Below are positions 1-9,937 of a DNA stretch of 64,000 nt, piece after piece. How positions within the stretch are numbered: the stretch's first letter is position 1; every line of letters begins with the position of its first letter. Below the pieces are notes generated by a model. The model did no database searches, was not told the DNA's origin, and saw only the letters and a program-made list of their open reading frames with translations. A program made the translations under genes and the position numbers. The DNA comes from Candidatus Heimdallarchaeum endolithica (GTDB taxonomy: Archaea > Asgardarchaeota > Heimdallarchaeia > Heimdallarchaeales > Heimdallarchaeaceae), in NCBI GenBank assembly GCA_021513715.1, contig CP084167.1, positions 1,184,001 to 1,248,000 of the forward strand. Direction: 5' to 3'.

Positions 1-273
1 AAGAACTAAAGCTGGCGCGCCAGTCCAGATAAAAAATTTCCTTTTTCCTAACTTCATATTTGAAGGGAGAATATCAGAAATGTAACCAAAAAGAAAACCA
101 GAAAAAGCGATAACTATTTTCCCTACAGCATTTCCAATAGAATTCCAAGTTTGATTCAGAGCAAAGTGATTGTTATATATCCAAACTGTTGCCAAAGAAC
201 TCATATTCATAAAAATAGATGTTCCAAATCTACAAGCACCATATGAAACTTTTTGCTTTTTTGTAAGGTACAT
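1..273 (-). CDS. MFS transporter, GPH/MelB-like (5' part; runs off window edge)
   Basis: Not in the ORF track. Manual translation from the ATG at 273 gives MYLTKKQKVSYGACRFG...FLFGYISDILPSNMKLGKRKFFIWTGAP, with the GPH-type G-x2-SD...G-K/R-R-K loop motif. Confidence 0.8.
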   Translation of the reverse strand, partial: MYLTKKQKVSYGACRFGTSIFMNMSSLATVWIYNNHFALNQTWNSIGNAVGKIVIAFSGFLFGYISDILPSNMKLGKRKFFIWTGAPALVL

Positions 274-363
274 GTTCTCTTAATCCAGTCTTCACAACAT
301 TTGCTATGTTTATTGACTGGTTGGGGAGAGTCTTGAAGAAATTACGTAAAATTTCAACTCATG
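271..363 (+). mobile_element. Partial copy (right end) of the non-coding element at 53052-53434
   Basis: 93 bp that align without gaps to 53342-53434 with 8 mismatches; bounded by CATG at both ends. Confidence 0.85.
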
Positions 364-406
364 GACAATAAGTAACTATTAAGGTTAAAAAAGTTAACGG
401 GAAAAT

Positions 407-1141
407 TTAGCTATCAGCTTGAATTTGGGATTCAATCCATTGTTTGATAATTGAAAAAGCCTTATCTTTACCATAATCTTCAGGAATTATGTGCCCTCCT
501 TTATTAATAAATACGAGGTTTTTATTCTCATGGGGTATTTTACTATATATCTTCTTTGCATGTGATACTGGAACTGATGGGTCTCTCACAGAATGGAGAA
601 TCAGTGTAGGAACAGAAATCTTTGAAAGATTTTTTCTTGTTTCTTTCAATAACTCAATTAACCAGAAAACACTTTTTGTATAATATTTTTTGTAACATTT
701 GTGGGTTTTCTTTACTTCTTCATCTTCAATCTCTTCATTGGTGTTATATTGAACTGGGATCAACTTTACCAAAAAAGGAAAAACTTTAACAAAGACTGCC
801 CTGATGTCAGGAATATTATAAGGAGTAGACATTGCTATTATTCCTGTGATCGAAGGATTTTGAGATGCAAGATAAAGAGAAATTGCCCCGCCCATGCTTA
901 AACCAGCAACAAAAACTTTGTCAACTTCTTTTTTTAGTTGAATTAGCTGTTCATTTGCGTAAGTAACTATTTTCATCCAATTAAGATTAGCATGCTCTTT
1001 AGCTGTTGTCTCATGTCCAGGAAGAGTTATATTATTTACTAAATAACCTTCATTTTTCAGGAAGTTTTCTAGAGGTTGCATTTCGAAATGAGTACCAGTA
1101 AAACCATGTATTAACAAAAACCCTACTTTCTCTTGAGACAT
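407..1141 (-). CDS. Carboxylesterase/monoacylglycerol lipase-type alpha/beta hydrolase
   Basis: HGFTG oxyanion motif, GLSMGG nucleophile elbow, catalytic Asp (DPSV) and His (GGH). Confidence 0.9.
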   Translation of the reverse strand: MSQEKVGFLLIHGFTGTHFEMQPLENFLKNEGYLVNNITLPGHETTAKEHANLNWMKIVTYANEQLIQLKKEVDKVFVAGLSMGGAISLYLASQNPSITGIIAMSTPYNIPDIRAVFVKVFPFLVKLIPVQYNTNEEIEDEEVKKTHKCYKKYYTKSVFWLIELLKETRKNLSKISVPTLILHSVRDPSVPVSHAKKIYSKIPHENKNLVFINKGGHIIPEDYGKDKAFSIIKQWIESQIQADS

Positions 1142-1271
1142 AAGAAATTATTTTTATTGTTTCTTTTTAATCTTTTTGTCAAAATAAGTAAAAACAACAT
1201 CAAATTTTGACTAAGGATTAATGTATTTTCTCAAAAGAACAAACACAAAAACACAAAGCTAAAATAGAAAG

Positions 1272-1862
1272 ATGTTTAATAAAATCTGTATGACTAATGA
1301 CCTTTGGTTCTGGATAATAATCGGAATAATTGCCACATTTCTAATAATCTGGCTATTCGTATCTATTTATAGGGGAATAAAGCATGAAATGTTACAGATA
1401 CTAGGTTATCTTTTACTCATGGCTAGTTTAACACTAACAATAGGTGATTATCCAGTACCTTCCTACTTTGAAATAATTGGAGGAATCCTAGGCTATATTG
1501 CTCTGATTATAGCTTTTTTCAGTGTCTTAATGGCAAATAGGAGATGGGTTATTCGAAGAGGAATAAAAAATCTTAACAAATTCAAGAATTTAATGATATT
1601 TGCTTATGCAAGACATCCTCTTACTTTATCAATGATTATAGTAAGTTTAGCAGTGTTTATGATAAACAATTCAGTGCTCTCTAACGTTCTTTGTGTGATG
1701 GCAGGAATGTGTTTCATTCTATCTTCTATTGAAAAAGACTTATTTTATGAACAACAATACGGTTATCCATATAAATTCTATTGTAGCAAAGTTCCTCGTT
1801 TTAATCTTATTTTAGGTTTTATTCGTTCTTTCAAAACAGAAAAAGAAGAAAGTAGAAGTTAA
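1272..1862 (+). CDS. Membrane methyltransferase, ICMT/PEMT family
   Basis: Several TM helices, YARHP motif, C-terminal YG..Y..Y...VPRF signature. Confidence 0.7.
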   Translation: MFNKICMTNDLWFWIIIGIIATFLIIWLFVSIYRGIKHEMLQILGYLLLMASLTLTIGDYPVPSYFEIIGGILGYIALIIAFFSVLMANRRWVIRRGIKNLNKFKNLMIFAYARHPLTLSMIIVSLAVFMINNSVLSNVLCVMAGMCFILSSIEKDLFYEQQYGYPYKFYCSKVPRFNLILGFIRSFKTEKEESRS

Positions 1863-1869
1863 ATAATTT

Positions 1870-3159
1870 TTATTCTTCTAAAGTGTCTACAGATGGGATT
1901 AGGAATATCCAGAGACCTGCAATCAATGCAAATATTCCACCTAAAATAATTGCTCCACTAAATCCAAAACTAGATTTTAGCATTAATGTTACAATTATAG
2001 GAGCAAAAAATGTTCCTAGTCTTCCAGTATTAAAACTCACAGATGTTCCTGTTGCTCTAACTTTTTGAGGAAAGATTTTAGCAAATAAAGGTCCAAAACC
2101 AGAGAATATTCCTGTTCCTAAACCTATAACTATAAAAGACAAAATAAGTATTCCTTTATTTGTTCCAGCAAAAGCAAATATTACTGCTCCAGTAGCAAGA
2201 ATTAAAGTATAACTGAAAAAGGTGAGCTTAGGCTTTTTAGTAGCATCTGCAATAAAACCAAAAGAAAGATAACCAATAAAAGCACCTAATTGAGCTAAAA
2301 GAGTGATTTTTCCAACCCAAGAAGCATCATCAAGAATAGATTTAAGATACTTTGGAGCCCAAGAAAAAATAACCCAATAAGCCATTAAAGCAAAGAAAGA
2401 CAAAATTATTCCTAAAAGAAGCGAAAGTTTGACTTTCTTTAGATCCTTAAATTGGTGATTAAGAGTCATACGAATATAAGCTGCTCCTCTGGGTATCGTT
2501 CTTTCTTTCTCATTATCTTCAACTATTTTCATTTCACCAGTAGCTTCTGCTTTAAAAATTAAGAACTTGGGTGATTCAGGAAGAAAGAAAATCATTAAGA
2601 TAGCAAAAAACAATGAAATAGCTCCAGAACCACCATAAGACCATCTCCAACCGATAACAGGTGTAAGGAAAGAACCTACAACTGCAGCCAAAGCTGCGCC
2701 TAAAGGAGCTCCTGTTTGAATAAACGCACTAGCAGATCCTCTATATTTCTTTGGTATAGTCTCGTTTACTAGTGTGTGCCCAGCTGCCCATTCTCCTCCA
2801 ATACCAAATCCAGTGATTAATTGAAATAATATCAATGCTGTAAAAGATTTGGCGAAGGAACATAATACAACCCCCAAAGAAAAGATCATTATTGAAGCAA
2901 CTATCATTGTTTTTCTACCAAAAATGTCACTCAAATAACCTAATATTATTCCCCCTAAAGCAGTCACTGAAAGAGAAGCAGAATAAATTAAAGCTAATTG
3001 ATGGTCAGTCAGTGTTATTTCATTAGGAATATACAACATCAAAAAGCTGTATAATATTAGGTTGTAAAAATCAAACAACCAACCTATCCATGAAAATGAT
3101 ATAACTTTAGCATAATTCCAATTAATATTTTTCAAATTCATCTGGCTCAGATGAAGCAA
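1870..3159 (-). CDS. MFS transporter
   Basis: About 12 TM helices; GYLSDIFGRK motif A and GFGIGGEW motif. Confidence 0.9.
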   Translation of the reverse strand: MLHLSQMNLKNINWNYAKVISFSWIGWLFDFYNLILYSFLMLYIPNEITLTDHQLALIYSASLSVTALGGIILGYLSDIFGRKTMIVASIMIFSLGVVLCSFAKSFTALILFQLITGFGIGGEWAAGHTLVNETIPKKYRGSASAFIQTGAPLGAALAAVVGSFLTPVIGWRWSYGGSGAISLFFAILMIFFLPESPKFLIFKAEATGEMKIVEDNEKERTIPRGAAYIRMTLNHQFKDLKKVKLSLLLGIILSFFALMAYWVIFSWAPKYLKSILDDASWVGKITLLAQLGAFIGYLSFGFIADATKKPKLTFFSYTLILATGAVIFAFAGTNKGILILSFIVIGLGTGIFSGFGPLFAKIFPQKVRATGTSVSFNTGRLGTFFAPIIVTLMLKSSFGFSGAIILGGIFALIAGLWIFLIPSVDTLEE

Positions 3160-3207
3160 TCTAAAAGTGCTTTTAAAATTGACTAAATGAGCCTAATTAT
3201 TATTGTT

Positions 3208-3642
3208 CTATTTTAATTTTTCAACCATAATAGCAGGACATATATTGAAAATTCCTGGCAGTTTACTTAATTTTTGCTCAAATTCATTTAACTCTTCTAG
3301 ATCATGAAACCAAGCTTCTATCATAACCATATGATCACCGGTGGAAGTTGTTAAACTAATAACTTCAGGCAAGTTTTTTAACTCTAAAAGCGTTGAAGTA
3401 TAGTACTCTTCTTTGATATCAAAACCAATCATTGCTTCAATCTTAAAACCGATTTTTCTTGGATCAACATCAATAGTAAACTTTCTAATAACACCTTTAT
3501 TTATTAATTTTTTTACCCTTTTTCTTACTGTTGCTTCTGTCACAGAAAATTTTTCAGCTATTTTATTATAAGAAATCCTACTATTTTTCTTTAATTCTTC
3601 TATTATTGCAATATCTGTAATTTTATTTCTTTGAGCTTCCAT
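3208..3642 (-). CDS. lrpA: Lrp/AsnC family transcriptional regulator (LrpA-like)
   Basis: N-terminal HTH (SYNKIAEKFSVTEATVRKRVKKL) and RAM domain with STGDHM. Confidence 0.85.
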   Translation of the reverse strand: MEAQRNKITDIAIIEELKKNSRISYNKIAEKFSVTEATVRKRVKKLINKGVIRKFTIDVDPRKIGFKIEAMIGFDIKEEYYTSTLLELKNLPEVISLTTSTGDHMVMIEAWFHDLEELNEFEQKLSKLPGIFNICPAIMVEKLK

Positions 3643-3678
3643 CTTTTCTACCTGCAGCTAAATATATCAATAAAAAAA

Positions 3679-3745
3679 GTTCGAATTTCGAACCTTTTTA
3701 TTTTGTAATTCGAAAAGATTTATATAAACTTTCGCATATATCGAA
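3679..3745. promoter_or_regulatory. Divergent lrpA/peroxiredoxin promoter with TTCG/CGAA operator palindromes
   Basis: Perfect palindrome GTTCGAA-T-TTCGAAC at 3679-3693, TTCGAA at 3709-3714, TATA box TTTATATA at 3719-3726, TTCG-N7-CGAA at 3731-3745. Confidence 0.6.
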
Positions 3746-3753
3746 TCAGAAAG

Positions 3754-4431
3754 GTGAATAAAATGGAAAAAGAATATGAAGAAACTGGAAAGATACCTTT
3801 AATAGGAACACAGTTCCCAAAAATGGTTGTGAATACCTCACAAGGGATGAAAAAATTACCTATGGACTATAAAGGAAAATGGGTTGTGCTATTTAGTCAT
3901 CCTGCAGACTTTACACCAGTATGTACTACAGAATTTGTTAGTTTTCAAAAACACTACGACCAATTCAAAAAATTAAATGTAGAACTTATTGGATTGAGTA
4001 TGGATCAGGTTTTCAGTCATATAAAATGGATTGACTGGATAAAGGAACAACTAGATGTTGAGATTAAATTCCCAATAATTGCAGATCACGGAGAAGTAGC
4101 TCGTAAACTTGGAATGTTACATTACAAAGCAACAAATACTGTTAGAGCTGTATTTATCATTGATCCTAAAGGAACGATTCGAGCAATCTTATATTACCCA
4201 AGTGAACTTGGAAGAAATATGAAAGAGATACTAAGAATGATAAAAGGCTTAAAATTTGCAGAAGAGCATAATGTAGCTATTCCTGCCAACTGGCCTGAAA
4301 ATGAACTTATAGAAGATAAAGTAATTATCCCCCCTGCAGGAGATGTAGAAACAGCAAAAGACAGACTTGCTCATGCCAAAGCTGGAGAATATGAGTGCTT
4401 CGATTGGTGGTTCTGTTATAAAAAAGAATAA
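3754..4431 (+). CDS. Peroxiredoxin (archaeal Prx6/TDXH type)
   Basis: FTPVCTTEF peroxidatic motif and C-terminal C-x-DWWFC. The start may be the ATG at 3763, after the SD-like AGGTGA. Confidence 0.95.
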   Translation: MNKMEKEYEETGKIPLIGTQFPKMVVNTSQGMKKLPMDYKGKWVVLFSHPADFTPVCTTEFVSFQKHYDQFKKLNVELIGLSMDQVFSHIKWIDWIKEQLDVEIKFPIIADHGEVARKLGMLHYKATNTVRAVFIIDPKGTIRAILYYPSELGRNMKEILRMIKGLKFAEEHNVAIPANWPENELIEDKVIIPPAGDVETAKDRLAHAKAGEYECFDWWFCYKKE

Positions 4432-5006
4432 TTTTTCTTTTTTCTTATTTTTTAAAGACAATTTTTAAAAAATGACTATTGAAAGAATAGTTAATGAATG
4501 ATGATAAACATATAGAATTCTTAACAACGAAGACTAATCCTGAAGTAAAAATCAGATTGATGACAATAAAAGCAAAGAATACTAAATACTCCAATCGTAA
4601 TTTTTTTCTAATTATGGGGTGGTTAAGTGAAATTAGTTTATTTGAACCACTAGCTGAACAATTAGCAGAATTTGGTAATGTCTTTATTTATGAACCCAGA
4701 GGGTACGGAAAATCAATCACTCCTCACAAAAAAGGTCTTTTTTCAATTGAAGAGTATAATGAAGAGATATCTACAGTCTTACAACTTAAGGGGTTAAAAG
4801 ATAAAGAATTTATTATTTTTGGTAGTTGCTCTGGTGGAGCAATGGCTTTCTGTTACTATTTAGACGGTAAAGGTCCTAAACCTTTTGCAATGGCAATTAT
4901 CAGCCCTCAACCACATTACAAAACACCTTTTTGGTTACCTATCTTTGGTCATTTACCCAACTTTCTTATGAATTTTATTCAAAAATTAATTATTGTTTTT
5001 ATGAAT

Positions 5007-6010
5007 AAGCATGTCCAAAAATTCTTTTTCACCTACTAAACGGTCCGAAGGAGTAAAAGGTAGTTGTAACAGAGAAGAGAACTGTACAAGGTAGAGAGGA
5101 TGGTGGAGGGTAAACGATCAAGGATTGGGGGAAGAGAGAGTTTAAGGAGACCAAAGACGTGTTCAATACTACTACGATACTCGGGATGATGATTACGACG
5201 ATACAGACCAGGGTAGAGACGATGAGCTTGAACTATTGGTCCGAGGGGAGGAGGAGAGGGATAACGAGCATTACTTTTTGGGGGAATAACAGGAAAAAAG
5301 GAATGTTGGCTAAGAAGTCCAACGATATTTTCTGTCCAGTAGGCACAGTCTCCATAAAATCGCAAGAAAGGTCTCAAGAGTGCAGAAGGAAGTTTCTGCC
5401 AGAGTAAACCGAAGACTTTACTATCATGAGTGTTACTAGCAGAATGAGCGAGAGAGACTATAGCTCGAGAGGGTAAACCAACTATAAGGTGTATCTTCCA
5501 GAAAAGTTTAGAGGTTTTCTTTAGTGTCCCTCTTGACCATTTGAGAAAACGCCAAACAGAAGCTTGACGGATTTTAAACCCTGAACTATCCACTGCCATA
5601 GCTTTCAAGCCTTTTTTCCTCACTATTTCCCTACCTAACTCTATTATCCACTGCTCTAAGATTTTACTTTCTGTCGCTCTCCACACTGCATGAAAAGTAG
5701 ATTTAGAAGGAATCTTCTTCATCCACCCCTCTTCTATCAAAAAATCGCATAAAGACAACTTTTCCTCTAACTTCCTCCAAGCTATCCCTTCTATTCTAGC
5801 AATGATTGCTAAAGCCAGTATCACCCATCTTTCTGCTATTCTCTTTCTCCCTCTCTTGCTTTCTCTCGGTTCCTCTTTCACCAGTTTCTTAAGGAAAGGT
5901 TCATTAATGATTATGAATTCTCTTGCTTTGTGGGGGTCTATGATCTGAAAGAAATTCATACTTCCGACATAAACCCCCACATTAATAAAAATTAATTTTT
6001 GGACATGCTT
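5007..6010 (-). mobile_element. Insertion sequence, copy 1 (1004 bp, IS5/IS4-like DDE)
   Basis: 17-bp TIR AAGCATGTCCAAAAATT; duplication TTATGAAT at 4999-5006 and 6011-6018 (10 bp if the TIR is read one base shorter). Confidence 0.95.
5036..5980 (-). CDS. DDE transposase (DDE_Tnp_1-like, IS5 family-like)
   Basis: AVDSSGF, KIH, YGDCAY and YRSSIEHVF motifs. Confidence 0.9.
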   Translation of the reverse strand: MGVYVGSMNFFQIIDPHKAREFIIINEPFLKKLVKEEPRESKRGRKRIAERWVILALAIIARIEGIAWRKLEEKLSLCDFLIEEGWMKKIPSKSTFHAVWRATESKILEQWIIELGREIVRKKGLKAMAVDSSGFKIRQASVWRFLKWSRGTLKKTSKLFWKIHLIVGLPSRAIVSLAHSASNTHDSKVFGLLWQKLPSALLRPFLRFYGDCAYWTENIVGLLSQHSFFPVIPPKSNARYPSPPPLGPIVQAHRLYPGLYRRNHHPEYRSSIEHVFGLLKLSLPPILDRLPSTILSTLYSSLLCYNYLLLLRTV

Positions 6011-6347
6011 TTATGAATATTTATCTGAAATTTAAAGACCCTGAAGAAGTAAAAAACGTTATTCATGCAAAAACACAATTAACAAAAAATGATGCATGGT
6101 GTCTTCGTAGATTTGTTCATGAATTCATAATCCCTTACGATATCAAGGACAGAATAGCTGATATAGACATTCCTATGGTAATGTTTGTGGGTAAAAAAGA
6201 CCATTTTCTAAACTTAAAGCAATCAAAGCAATTCTTACTTAACTCTAAATCCAAACTAATTGAACTGGAAGAAACTGCTCATAGAATTCAAGAAGGAAAT
6301 GAAAAGAAAATGGCTGAAGAAACAAATATTTTTCTAGAAAATCTACT

Positions 6348-7238
6348 TTAATCTATCTTTTTCCTTACTTCTTCTATTTGCTTAATTGTTGGGACTAGTG
6401 AAACTATTATTGTTCCTTAGCCAGTGTTTACTCCAATTATCGGACTGCATACAGACTTATAGATAGAGCACAATTCTACTTTCTGTTTAAGTTTGTTTTC
6501 TATATATTCTACCCCTTGCTCGTTGTTTAAATGTGTAATAATCATGTCATATTTCCAGCCATTTTTTATTTTACTAAGAGTTAAATGAACCAATCGTTTA
6601 ACCATTGATTTCCTAAAAAAAAGACCAGGAAACTTTGAAATCAATTTCCCTTGCTTAGACATTATAGCAACAGGTTTTATCTTCATAAATCTTGTGAAAT
6701 CAAGTAGTAGTTTTGATTTTAGTCTTCCAGACTTATAGACATTATCTAATGTTAAAAATCCAACTGTTAAAATAGAATATTTTTTCATTTCTTCAAGCAT
6801 TTCAATTATTTTTTCCAGACTTTTTCCCATTCTAACTAGTTTTGCTGCTGAAAGAACAAGTAATCCTTGAACTCCTGAAGCTGAAACAGAATCAATAAGA
6901 GTAACTTTTCCTTTAAACTTTCTAGCAATCATTCTCACACTATTATATGTTGAAGTTAAAGCAGAAGAAACAGAAATGTAAATAATGTGGTCATAGTTCT
7001 GTTTATTTAGTGTATTGTCAAAAACTATTTGATAATCAGCAATATCTGGTGCAGAAGATTGAGGTATATAATCAAGTTCGGCTATTTTACTATAATATTC
7101 TGAAAAGGATAAATCTTTTCCAACTTTCCACACTTTATCTTTTAATAAAACGTTATGTGGAATTTGTTCAATGTCCCACTTATCATAGAGTTCGACTGGT
7201 AAATCAGCTGCAGAATCAGTAATAATTTTGATTTTCAT
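6348..7238 (-). pseudogene. DegV family fatty-acid binding protein with an in-frame TAA near the 3' end
   Basis: Likely start MKIKIITDSAADL at 7238; SSALTSTY and IDSVSAS motifs. TAA at 6419-6417 interrupts GVNTG*GTIIVSL, and the frame continues for 22 codons to a TAA at 6350-6348. Confidence 0.7.
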
Positions 7239-7374
7239 TCTTATTTGAACTGTTAATTGTGCGAATGTTAAATTTTTTCCCCAAAAAAATAGAAATAAGT
7301 TGGCCTTGTTATTTGTTACTTGGGAAAAAAACATAAACATCAAAACATAGATAATTTAGAGAAGTTGGTTTAAA

Positions 7375-9135
7375 TTGAGAACAGAAGAAATAATTTCATA
7401 TGCAATGGCTGATAAGAAGGCAAGTTTAATTTTGAGAGGAGGAAAAGTAGCTAATGTTTATACAAGAGAATTAATTGATGCGGACGTTGTAATTGCAGAT
7501 AATTATATTGTATATGTTGGAAAAAACACAGATGATTTTAAAGGTGAAAAAACACAAATTATTAAGTTAGAAGACAAGGTAATCTGCCCAGGATTAATAG
7601 AATCACATATTCACGTTGAATCATCCATGTTATCTTTAACTGAATTCTCCAAAGTTGTAGTTTCTAAAGGAACCACCACATGTGTAATTGATCCCCACGA
7701 AATCGCAAATGTTTGTGGAATTGAAGGCATAAACCTATTTATTGAAGAAAGTAAAGAATTACCAGTGAAATTTTTAATTGAAGCTCCTTCTTGTGTTCCT
7801 TCTTTATCTGGTTTTGAAACACCAGGAGCAGAATTAGATGTTAATAAAATCATAAAGTTGCTTAAAAAAGATGAGATTTTTGGTTTAGCAGAAATGATGA
7901 ATTTTCCTGGAGTATATCTCCGATTTCCTGATGTATTAGGAAAAATTGATGCTGCAAAAAAATCTAAAAAAATAGTAGAAGGACATGCTCCTCTATTAAC
8001 GAATAAAGAATTACAAGCATATATAGCTGCTGGAATTTCTTCAGACCATGAAGCTACAACAGCAGAGGAAGCTTTAGAAAAACTACGTTTAGGAATGAAA
8101 CTACAAATAAGAGAAGGTTCTTTTGCTAAAGATCTTGAAAACATATTCTCCGATTTGATAAAATATGACATTGATTATAGGAACATTATTATTGCTTCTG
8201 ATGATAGAAATCCAATTGATTTAGTTGAAAAAGGGCATTTAGATTACTCTTTTAGAAAACTTGTTAAACTAAGTGTTGACCCCATCAAAGCTTTACAGAT
8301 GTTCACTATTAACACAGCAACTCACCTAAAATTGGATGACAAAATAGGCGGAATCTCTCCTGGTAAAATTGCGGATATTGTAGTAGTTAACGATTTGGAG
8401 AACTTTAACGTAGAAATGACTATTATTGAAGGAAAGATTGTTTATAGAGAGAATAAGGTTCAACAAAATATTATTAGAAAAAAATATCCTAAATCTGTTT
8501 TAGAAACGATGAAATTTTTTGAAGTTCCATCTATTTATGACCTTATGATTGAAGAGGAAGAGGAAGAGATAAGGGTTAATGTGATTGGATTAAAAGAGCA
8601 TTCTCTAATTACTGAACATTTACAATTAAAATTAAAGGCAATAGATGGATACCTTCAACCAGATTTAGAACAAGATATTCTTCCTGTTTTTGTAATAAAC
8701 CGTCATACACCAGAGAAAAATATTGGAAAAGGTTTTATCAAAGGTTTAGGAATAAAAGAAGGTGCTTTAGCAAGTACAATAGCTCACGATTGTCACCAAG
8801 TAATTTGTACTGGAACTAGTTATGAACTAATAATACAAGCTTTACAAAAGATCAAAGAAATAGGTGGAGGACAAGTTGTTGTAACAAAAAACAGTGCAGT
8901 GACACTTCCTTTGAAAATTGCAGGATTAATGAGTACTGAAACTTCTTCAGAAGTTGTTAAAAAAATAAGAACCATTAATCAAGAGTTGAAGAAACTTCAA
9001 CCAGCACTATCAGAACCTTTTATGGCTCTTGCTTTTGTAGCTTTACCTGTAATTCCACACTTGAAAATAACTGATAAAGGATTAGTAAACGTTGATACTT
9101 TTGGTTTCATTGAGTTAAAAATTCTAGAAAAATAG
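7375..9135 (+). CDS. ade: Adenine deaminase
   Basis: PGLIESHIHVESSM, DPHEIANV, LAEMMNFPGV, SDHE and STIAHDCH motifs. Confidence 0.95.
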   Translation: MRTEEIISYAMADKKASLILRGGKVANVYTRELIDADVVIADNYIVYVGKNTDDFKGEKTQIIKLEDKVICPGLIESHIHVESSMLSLTEFSKVVVSKGTTTCVIDPHEIANVCGIEGINLFIEESKELPVKFLIEAPSCVPSLSGFETPGAELDVNKIIKLLKKDEIFGLAEMMNFPGVYLRFPDVLGKIDAAKKSKKIVEGHAPLLTNKELQAYIAAGISSDHEATTAEEALEKLRLGMKLQIREGSFAKDLENIFSDLIKYDIDYRNIIIASDDRNPIDLVEKGHLDYSFRKLVKLSVDPIKALQMFTINTATHLKLDDKIGGISPGKIADIVVVNDLENFNVEMTIIEGKIVYRENKVQQNIIRKKYPKSVLETMKFFEVPSIYDLMIEEEEEEIRVNVIGLKEHSLITEHLQLKLKAIDGYLQPDLEQDILPVFVINRHTPEKNIGKGFIKGLGIKEGALASTIAHDCHQVICTGTSYELIIQALQKIKEIGGGQVVVTKNSAVTLPLKIAGLMSTETSSEVVKKIRTINQELKKLQPALSEPFMALAFVALPVIPHLKITDKGLVNVDTFGFIELKILEK

Positions 9136-9196
9136 TTACTTAAAAGTAAATTGATAATTTTAATTAATAATACTTTTATAATGAATTTTTTCTTGT

Positions 9197-9934
9197 TTGA
9201 TTGCAATGACAGATGAGATTATTGTCAAAACTAAGAATTTACGAAGAACTTTTGAGTTTGGAGAGACAGAAGTTGTTGCTTTAGATAAAATAGATATGGA
9301 AATCAGAAGAGGAGAATTTGCTGTAGTTCTTGGTCCTTCTGGATCAGGCAAAACTACTTTACTCAATATGATAGGAGGAATTGACAAACCTACAAAGGGA
9401 AAGGTAGAAGTAGATGGAAAAGAAATAACGGCTTACGACAAAGATAAGCTAAATGAATACAGAAGAAATGATGTAGGCTGGATTTTTCAATTTTTCAACA
9501 TTGTAGCAAGTCTTAGAGCTTGGGAAAATGTTGGTTTAGCTTTAGAATTTAAAGGGGGGTATAAAACCCCAGAAATAAAAAAACTCTCTTATGAAATTTT
9601 AAAACATGTTGGGCTAAAAGGAAAAGAAGAAAGATTTCCCAGCCAACTATCAGGAGGAGAACAACAACGTGTCGCTATAGCTCGAGCATTAATCAAAAAA
9701 CCGAAAATTATTGTTGCAGATGAACCTACAGGAAACTTGGATTTTGTGACTGGCCAAAAAATTGCTGAATTAATGCGTAATTTAAATAAAGAAGAGAAAA
9801 CAACCTTCATTGTTGTAAGTCATGACCTCAACATTACTCAATATGCTGATAGAGTTTTTCATCTCCAAATGGGTAAAATAGAGAAGATAGAAGAACATCC
9901 GGGAACAATGGTATCTAACAAAGTGGAGGGATAG
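9197..9934 (+). CDS. ABC transporter ATP-binding protein (LolD/MacB type)
   Basis: [16 protein letters not shown] and ADEPTGNLD motifs. Confidence 0.95.
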   Translation: MIAMTDEIIVKTKNLRRTFEFGETEVVALDKIDMEIRRGEFAVVLGPSGSGKTTLLNMIGGIDKPTKGKVEVDGKEITAYDKDKLNEYRRNDVGWIFQFFNIVASLRAWENVGLALEFKGGYKTPEIKKLSYEILKHVGLKGKEERFPSQLSGGEQQRVAIARALIKKPKIIVADEPTGNLDFVTGQKIAELMRNLNKEEKTTFIVVSHDLNITQYADRVFHLQMGKIEKIEEHPGTMVSNKVEG

Positions 9935-9937
9935 TCA

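Larger units (their letters stand above)
4494..6351 (+). pseudogene. Alpha/beta hydrolase interrupted by an IS
   Basis: Removing 5007-6010 and one target duplication joins ...IIVFMN to IYLKFK... in frame (281 aa). EPRGYGKS, GSCSGG, G..D and H motifs are present. Confidence 0.9.

Noticed and set aside
5159-5407. Antisense 82-aa ORF in both IS copies
   Set aside because: It is conserved only because the copies are near-identical; it has no motif and no independent support.
6417-6419. Stop-codon recoding (Sec/Pyl) in degV
   Set aside because: The codon is TAA, the common stop in this window, and not TGA or TAG.
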